The position numbers and the translations under genes are program-made. This document shows, piece by piece, positions 33,623 to 40,442 of a stretch of 40,442 nt of DNA. The DNA comes from Actinomycetota bacterium (lineage in GTDB: Bacteria > Actinomycetota > UBA4738 > HRBIN12). The notes under the pieces were generated by a model that had not been told where the DNA came from, searched no databases, and worked only from the letters and a program-made list of their open reading frames with translations. Numbering within the stretch: the stretch's first letter is position 1; each line of letters opens with the position of its first letter. The stretch covers positions 1-40,442 of the forward strand of contig JBOGVI010000149.1 in NCBI GenBank assembly GCA_050692695.1, written 5' to 3'.

Positions 33623-34495
33623 ATGAACGTGGCGGTGATCGGCGCCGGTCGAGTGGGGACTGCCCTGGCGGAGCTGCTCACGGGTGCCAGCTATCCCGAG
33701 ACGTATGCGATCGTCGCGATCTCTGGTCGGCAGGCTACGATCGAGCGGGCCGATCGCTACCTCGGCATGTCTCCGGTTTCGTCCGAAGAAGCCGCCTCCA
33801 TGGCTGAGCTGGTCCTGATCTGTACCCCGGACGACGTCATAGCCTCCTTGTGTGCCGAGATGGCGGCGGCGGGGTGCTTCCGCGAGGGCCAGTGGGTAGC
33901 GCACGTCTCCGGCGCCACCGGTCTCGAGGCTCTCGCGGCAGCGTCTGATTCTGGTGCGGGGATCCTCAGTCTCCATCCTCTGCAAACGTTTCCAAGCGTG
34001 GAAGCGGCGCTTGCGCGAATCCCCGGAAGCGGGATGGCGATCACGGCGCACAGGGAGGAGGGCTTCGTACTGGGGGAGCGTGTTGCCCGGTCGATCGACG
34101 CGCGGCCCTTCAGGTTGGCCGACGAGGCCAAGCCGCTGTACCACGCGGCGGCCGTGTTCGCTTCCAACTACCTGGTGGCCACGACCGCCCTGGCCGAAGA
34201 GCTGTTCCAGGAAGCTGGGCTGGATCAACCAGTCGAACTGTTCATGCCGCTCCAGCGGGCCACCTTGGAGAACATCGCCAACATGGGACCGGCGCTCGCG
34301 CTCACGGGTCCCGCCGTGCGGGGAGACGTGGGAACCGTGGCGAAGAACCTGGAGGCTTTGGCGAAGCATGCCCCTGCGGCAGTCCTTCCGTACGTGGTGA
34401 TGGCCGACGTGGCCCTCGATCTCGCGGAACGCTCCGGGCGCCTCTCACCGGAGGAGCGCGCGGCCGTGCAGGAGGTGCTGGCCCGGTGGAGGTGA
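33623..34495 (+). CDS. Rossmann-fold oxidoreductase, DUF2520 family (ketopantoate-reductase-like)
   Basis: 290-aa ORF. N-terminal dinucleotide fold MNVAVIGAGRVGTALA. It sits immediately upstream of, and overlapping, panC, as in many Actinobacteria. Confidence 0.7.
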   Translation: MNVAVIGAGRVGTALAELLTGASYPETYAIVAISGRQATIERADRYLGMSPVSSEEAASMAELVLICTPDDVIASLCAEMAAAGCFREGQWVAHVSGATGLEALAAASDSGAGILSLHPLQTFPSVEAALARIPGSGMAITAHREEGFVLGERVARSIDARPFRLADEAKPLYHAAAVFASNYLVATTALAEELFQEAGLDQPVELFMPLQRATLENIANMGPALALTGPAVRGDVGTVAKNLEALAKHAPAAVLPYVVMADVALDLAERSGRLSPEERAAVQEVLARWR

Positions 34496-35337
34496 CCCGC
34501 ACGGTCGCCGAGGCCCGAAAGGCCTGCGACGCAGCACGTTCGGCCGGACGAAGCGTGGGTTTCATCCCGACGATGGGGGCGTTCCACGAAGGCCACCTCT
34601 CGTTGATCCGCAGGGCTCGTGGGGAACGAGACTCGGTGGTGGTCTCGATCTTCGTGAACCCGCTCCAGTTCGGGCCGGGCGAGGATCTCGCCCGGTACCC
34701 TCGGGACGAGGATCGAGACCTGGCCGCGGCCGAGGAGCTCGGCGTCGACATGGTGTTCGCCCCGAGCGTCGAGGAGATGTACCCGGGCGGAGAGCCCGAG
34801 GTGACGGTCGACCCCGGCCCGCTCGGCGAGCGGCTGGAGGGCGCCAGCCGGCTCGGACATTTCCGTGGAGTCGCCACCGTTGTGGCCAAGTTGTTGCACG
34901 TGATCGGTCCGTCCCGGGCCTACTTCGGCGAGAAGGACGCGCAGCAGCTCGCGGTGATCCGGCGGATGGTGCTCGACCTCGCCTACCCGGTCGAGGTGGT
35001 GGGATGTCCCATCGTCCGGGAGCCCAGCGGCCTGGCCATGTCGTCCCGCAACGCTTACCTCACCCCCGGGCAGCGGGACGCCGCCGGTTGCCTGTTCCTC
35101 GCGCTTTCCGAGGCTGCCCAGATGGCCCGATCCGGCGAGCGGGACGCGGCGAAGCTGGTTGCTGCGATGGCCCGGGAGATCGGCGCGACCCGCGAGGCGC
35201 GCTTGGACTACGCGGCCGTCGTTGACGAGGAGACCTTCCAGGACGTCGCAGAGATCACCCGACCGGCCAAGGCCCTGGTGGCCGCCCGGTTCGGCGACAC
35301 CCGACTCATCGACAGCCTCCTGCTCCCAGTGCTCTGA
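34486..35337 (+). CDS. panC: Pantoate--beta-alanine ligase
   Basis: 283-aa ORF. Motifs: GFIPTMGAFHEGHLSLIR, SIFVNPLQFGPGEDL, HFRGVATVV, YFGEKDAQQL and SSRN. Confidence 0.93.
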   Translation: MEVTRTVAEARKACDAARSAGRSVGFIPTMGAFHEGHLSLIRRARGERDSVVVSIFVNPLQFGPGEDLARYPRDEDRDLAAAEELGVDMVFAPSVEEMYPGGEPEVTVDPGPLGERLEGASRLGHFRGVATVVAKLLHVIGPSRAYFGEKDAQQLAVIRRMVLDLAYPVEVVGCPIVREPSGLAMSSRNAYLTPGQRDAAGCLFLALSEAAQMARSGERDAAKLVAAMAREIGATREARLDYAAVVDEETFQDVAEITRPAKALVAARFGDTRLIDSLLLPVL

Positions 35338-35441
35338 CGCGAGCGGCACCGTGTGTGGCGAGGCCGCAGCCGCGAGGCCAGCGTGTCGCAAGCCCCTTGG
35401 TGGGCGAGAATGGGCCGACTCGCGGTGGAGGTGACGGGCAC

Positions 35442-36296
35442 GTGCTGCTCGCGATCAACGTCGGAAACACGAACACGGTCCTCGGGGTCTTCGGCGGCTC
35501 CGAGCTCAAGTGGTCATGGCGCATGTCCACGCAGCCGGAACGCACCGCCGACGAGCTGGCGGTCATCTTCGGCGGGTTCCTCGAGCAGCACGACCTGTCG
35601 TTCTCCCGGCAGATCACCGGGGTCGTGATCGCCTCGGTGGTCCCCACCTCCACCAGAGCCCTCCGCGAGATGACCGAGCGGTACTTCAGCTTCCCGGCGG
35701 TTGTGGTCGAGCCCGGCACCCGGACCGGCATCCCCATCCTCACCGACAACCCTCGAGAGGTGGGGGCCGACCGGATCGTGAACGCGCTGGCCGCCTACGA
35801 CCGGTACGGCGGGCCCTGCATCGTGATCGACTTCGGCACCGCCACGACCTTCGATGCCGTCTCGGCGAAGGGCGAGTTCCTGGGCGGCGCCATCGCCCCC
35901 GGCGTGCAGGTCTCGAACGAAGCGCTTTCGTCGGCCACGGCCCGCCTGCCCCAGGTCGAGCTGCAGCCGCCGAAATCGGTGGTGGGCAAGAACACGGTGG
36001 AGGCGATCCAGTCGGGCCTGGTGTTCGGCGCCGCAGCCGAGACCGACGGGATCGTCGAACGGATGACGGCCGACCTGGGCGAGTCGGCCACGGTGGTTGC
36101 GACCGGCGGCCTGGCCCCGGTCGTCGTCCCCTCCTGCCGGAACGTCGATCACCATGACGAGTGGCTGACGCTCGAGGGGCTTCGACTGGTCTTCGAGAGG
36201 AACGTCGGGCCACCCGGGGAGCTCGAGGGGGGAGCTCGCGCCGAGGCGCACCAGCCGGGGAGGGGTGGCGAGCGGACCCCTCGACAATCCGGATGA
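35442..36296 (+). CDS. coaX: Type III pantothenate kinase
   Basis: I used the in-frame GTG at 35442. Motifs: LLAINVGNTNTVLGVF, GADRIVNALAA, VIDFGTATTFD and VVATGGLA. There is a ~35-aa non-conserved C-terminal tail, and the stop overlaps the lysS ATG. Confidence 0.9.
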   Translation: MLLAINVGNTNTVLGVFGGSELKWSWRMSTQPERTADELAVIFGGFLEQHDLSFSRQITGVVIASVVPTSTRALREMTERYFSFPAVVVEPGTRTGIPILTDNPREVGADRIVNALAAYDRYGGPCIVIDFGTATTFDAVSAKGEFLGGAIAPGVQVSNEALSSATARLPQVELQPPKSVVGKNTVEAIQSGLVFGAAAETDGIVERMTADLGESATVVATGGLAPVVVPSCRNVDHHDEWLTLEGLRLVFERNVGPPGELEGGARAEAHQPGRGGERTPRQSG

Positions 36297-37804
36297 GTGA
36301 GGAGGGGTTCCGAGAACGGGAGGTCCTCCGAGCGCGGCGGGAGAGCCTGGAACGGCTGCGAGGCAAGGGGATCGAGCCCTTCGCCCTGAACCTCGAATCC
36401 GTGCTCGGTGTCCGCGAGCCCCACCGCATCGAGGGCGTCCGCGAGGAGTTCGCGGCTCTCGGCCCCGGCGAGCTCCGTCCCGACGTGCGCACGGTGGCCG
36501 GGCGGATCGTCCTCAAGCGGGACATGGGCAAGCTGAAGTTCCTCGTGATCCGGGACCGATCCGCCGACATCCAGTTGGTGTGCAACCAGCGAGACGCGGA
36601 GCCGGCCGTGTTCCAGCTCCTGGACGAGGTCGACCTGGGGGACATCGTCGGAGCCATCGGCCGTGTGGGGACCACGAAGAAGGGCGAGCTGTCGCTCTTC
36701 GTGCAGCGGCTCGCGATCCTGTCGAAGGCCCTGCGACCGTGGCCGGAGAAGTGGCACGGCCTTCGCGACCCGGACCTCCAGCAACGCCGGCGGTACCTCC
36801 AGCTCGCCACGGACCTCGACTCCCGGGGGATCGTCGAGGCTCGGGCCAAGACCCTGAACGCCTTCCGTACGCACCTCGACGGGCGGGGGTTCGTCGAGGT
36901 GGAGACGCCGGTCCTTCACGGGACGGCTGGGGGAGCCATCGCCCGGCCGTTCGTCACGCACCACCGGGCGCTGGACGTCGACCTGAACCTGCGGATCGCC
37001 CTGGAGCTGTACCTGAAGCGGCTCCTGATCGGAGGGCTGGAACGCGTCTACGAGATCGGCCGGAACTTCCGGAACGAGGGGATCGACCGGGACCACAACC
37101 CCGAGTTCACGATGCTCGAGGTGTACCAGGCCTACGCCGACTACGAGACGATGATGGAGCTTGGCAGGGGGCTGGTGCGCGCGGCGGCCCAGGCCGTGCG
37201 GGGCTCGCTCAGGTTCGCCTACCAGAGCCGCGAGATGGACCTGGAGGGAGATTGGCCCCGAGTCACGGTGCTCGGCTCGGTGTCGGAGGCGACGGGCGAA
37301 GAGATCACGCTTGACCGCCCAGACCTTGGGAGGATCGCCGAGCGTCACCGCATCGACGTCCACCCGACCTGGGGCCCGGGCAAGATCGTCCTCGAGCTGT
37401 TCGAGAAGCTCGTGGAGCACGATCTGTGGAACCCGACGTTCGTGCTCGACTTCCCGCGGGAGGTGTCGCCGCTCGCCCGACCCCACCGCTCGGAGCCGGG
37501 GGTCGTCGAGCACTACGACCTGGTCATGGCGGGGATGGAGATCATCCCGGCCTACTCCGAGTTGTCCGACCCCGACGAGCAACGGGCGAGCTTCGAGATC
37601 CAAGCCGAGGCCCGGCGGAAGGGCGAGGAGGAGACCCATCCGGTGGACGAGGACTTCCTGCTGGCTCTGGAGCACGGGATGCCGCCGGCCGGTGGGCTGG
37701 GCCTCGGCGTGGACCGGCTCCTGATGATCTTGGCCGACGTCCCCTCGATCCGGGACGTGATCCTGTTCCCCCACCTCCGGCCCGAAGAGGGCCGGGACGA
37801 CTGA
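36293..37804 (+). CDS. lysS: Lysine--tRNA ligase (class II)
   Basis: The ATG at 36293 overlaps the coaX stop as ATGA. Motifs: FVEVETPVL, RVYEIGRNFRNEGIDRDHNPEFTMLE, and motif 3 GMPPAGGLGLGVDRLLM. Confidence 0.95.
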   Translation: MSEEGFREREVLRARRESLERLRGKGIEPFALNLESVLGVREPHRIEGVREEFAALGPGELRPDVRTVAGRIVLKRDMGKLKFLVIRDRSADIQLVCNQRDAEPAVFQLLDEVDLGDIVGAIGRVGTTKKGELSLFVQRLAILSKALRPWPEKWHGLRDPDLQQRRRYLQLATDLDSRGIVEARAKTLNAFRTHLDGRGFVEVETPVLHGTAGGAIARPFVTHHRALDVDLNLRIALELYLKRLLIGGLERVYEIGRNFRNEGIDRDHNPEFTMLEVYQAYADYETMMELGRGLVRAAAQAVRGSLRFAYQSREMDLEGDWPRVTVLGSVSEATGEEITLDRPDLGRIAERHRIDVHPTWGPGKIVLELFEKLVEHDLWNPTFVLDFPREVSPLARPHRSEPGVVEHYDLVMAGMEIIPAYSELSDPDEQRASFEIQAEARRKGEEETHPVDEDFLLALEHGMPPAGGLGLGVDRLLMILADVPSIRDVILFPHLRPEEGRDD

Positions 37805-37813
37805 GCCGCGTGT

Positions 37814-38200
37814 TCAGCCCGGTGCGTCTTCGGCGGTGACCGCGGCCTCGTGGAGCACGATCACCAGATCCTCCAGGGTCACACCCTTGGCCAGGAACCC
37901 GGAGGCCCCCGCCAGGAAGGCCTCCCGCTCCACCCCCGGGTCGGCATGGGCCGTCAGGATCACCACGGGCAGGTCCGGCCGGGACCTGTGGATCTGCCGC
38001 ATGGCCTCGATCCCGTCCAGGTCGGGCATGGAGAGGTCCATGATCACCAGGTCGGGGTGGAGGGTCCTGGCCTGTTCGGTGGCGGCCACTCCCCCGCTGG
38101 CCTCCCCGGCCACCTCGATGCTCCCCACCATCCTCAGGGCGGACGAGAGTGCCCGGCGAAACGCCGGGTGGTCGTCGACGACTAGCACCCGCAACGTCAT
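37814..38200 (-). CDS. Single-domain response regulator (receiver only, NarL-like subfamily)
   Basis: 128-aa ORF with SD AGGAG upstream of the ATG at 38200. Motifs: VVDDHP, IMDLSMPD, ILTAH and LAKG. No output domain. It is antisense to the flanking lysS and clpC. Confidence 0.85.
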   Translation of the reverse strand: MTLRVLVVDDHPAFRRALSSALRMVGSIEVAGEASGGVAATEQARTLHPDLVIMDLSMPDLDGIEAMRQIHRSRPDLPVVILTAHADPGVEREAFLAGASGFLAKGVTLEDLVIVLHEAAVTAEDAPG

Positions 38201-38576
38201 CGTCTCCTAACGGGGAAGACCAGGGGGAAGGCGCTTGTGGTCTCGCGACAAGAATCCTGCCCGAGGGTCGGGATACCGTAAACGGGCCGTTCGGGGGAAC
38301 TTGGGTAGCCTCGGCGGGTGATGGGGTCGCCGGCCGTAGGGCTCATCCCGGGGGCCTCGCGTTCCGAATAACCCTATGGAAGGCGTGGTTTGGACGGGTA
38401 GGGTGTGAACGTGGACTTTCGGGCGTATCAGGGGGGAGGGGTATACTTGCCCTCGTGGGGCGCTCGGAGGCGCGCAGAGGGCGCCTGGGGGTGCCCGACA
38501 TGCCTCGGGGGTAGGACGGAGTCCGGTGATCCCCGGGGCACATCGATAGACGGGCCCAGGCCCGGAGGACGCTGAC
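38201..38576. other. 376-bp non-coding region: divergent promoters of the receiver gene and clpC, plus a long structured-looking clpC leader
   Basis: This is the longest non-coding stretch in the window. It has many G4-G6 runs, a lower-GC patch (ttccgaataaccctatggaagg), a near-consensus -10 TATACT at 38442-38447, and complementary segments GTGCCC...GGGCAC downstream. The two track ORFs here look like junk. Confidence 0.5.

Positions 38577-40442
<1,866 letters not shown>

Noticed and set aside
38431-38500. Possible G-quadruplex from the runs GGGGGGAGGGG ... GGGG ... GGGGG in the clpC leader.
   Set aside because: The loops between the G-runs are 14 and about 26 nt, too long for a stable canonical G4. 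G-runs are expected by chance at this GC content. I kept it only as a descriptive note under the leader finding.

Overview
This is a very GC-rich, gene-dense chromosomal segment with about 40 genes and almost no non-coding DNA. All product calls come from reading motifs by eye; no searches were run.

The backbone is the conserved actinobacterial housekeeping synteny: trkA-trkA, APC permease, topA-tmk-holB, tRNA-Thr, DUF2342 protease-tilS-hpt-ftsH-folE-folP-folB-folK-DUF2520-panC-coaX-lysS, then clpC. This is the same gene order I recall for Mycobacterium tuberculosis Rv3646c to Rv3596c. TopA keeps four C-terminal zinc ribbons, which suggests a lineage outside the mycobacteria/streptomycetes. 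I saw no transposase, integrase, phage genes, CRISPR array or rRNA. There is one tRNA-Thr(CGU).

Three places break the backbone, and these are the interesting parts:
- **Signalling island (10.6-19.4 kb), the best candidate for an undescribed system.** It lies between holB and tRNA-Thr and holds nine tightly packed genes: a single-domain receiver, a tandem cupredoxin-like lipoprotein, a membrane HisKA_3 kinase, a sensorless truncated kinase paralogue, a USP, a NarL regulator, a REC-LuxR_HTH-class III cyclase fusion, a 64-aa membrane peptide and a USP-ABC1/UbiB kinase fusion.
- **4.2-kb insertion splitting folE from folP.** It carries a frameshifted GNAT pseudogene, an ECF sigma factor, a membrane 7-bladed beta-propeller partner and a cfa-type methyltransferase. 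In addition, an alpha/beta-hydrolase fold gene with a substituted nucleophile is wedged between folP and folB.
- **The lysS-clpC gap.** An antisense single-domain receiver and a 376-bp G-tract-rich leader occupy the position where mycobacteria carry lsr2.

Many very long ORFs in the supplied track are antisense or out-of-frame shadows typical of high-GC DNA and were discarded.
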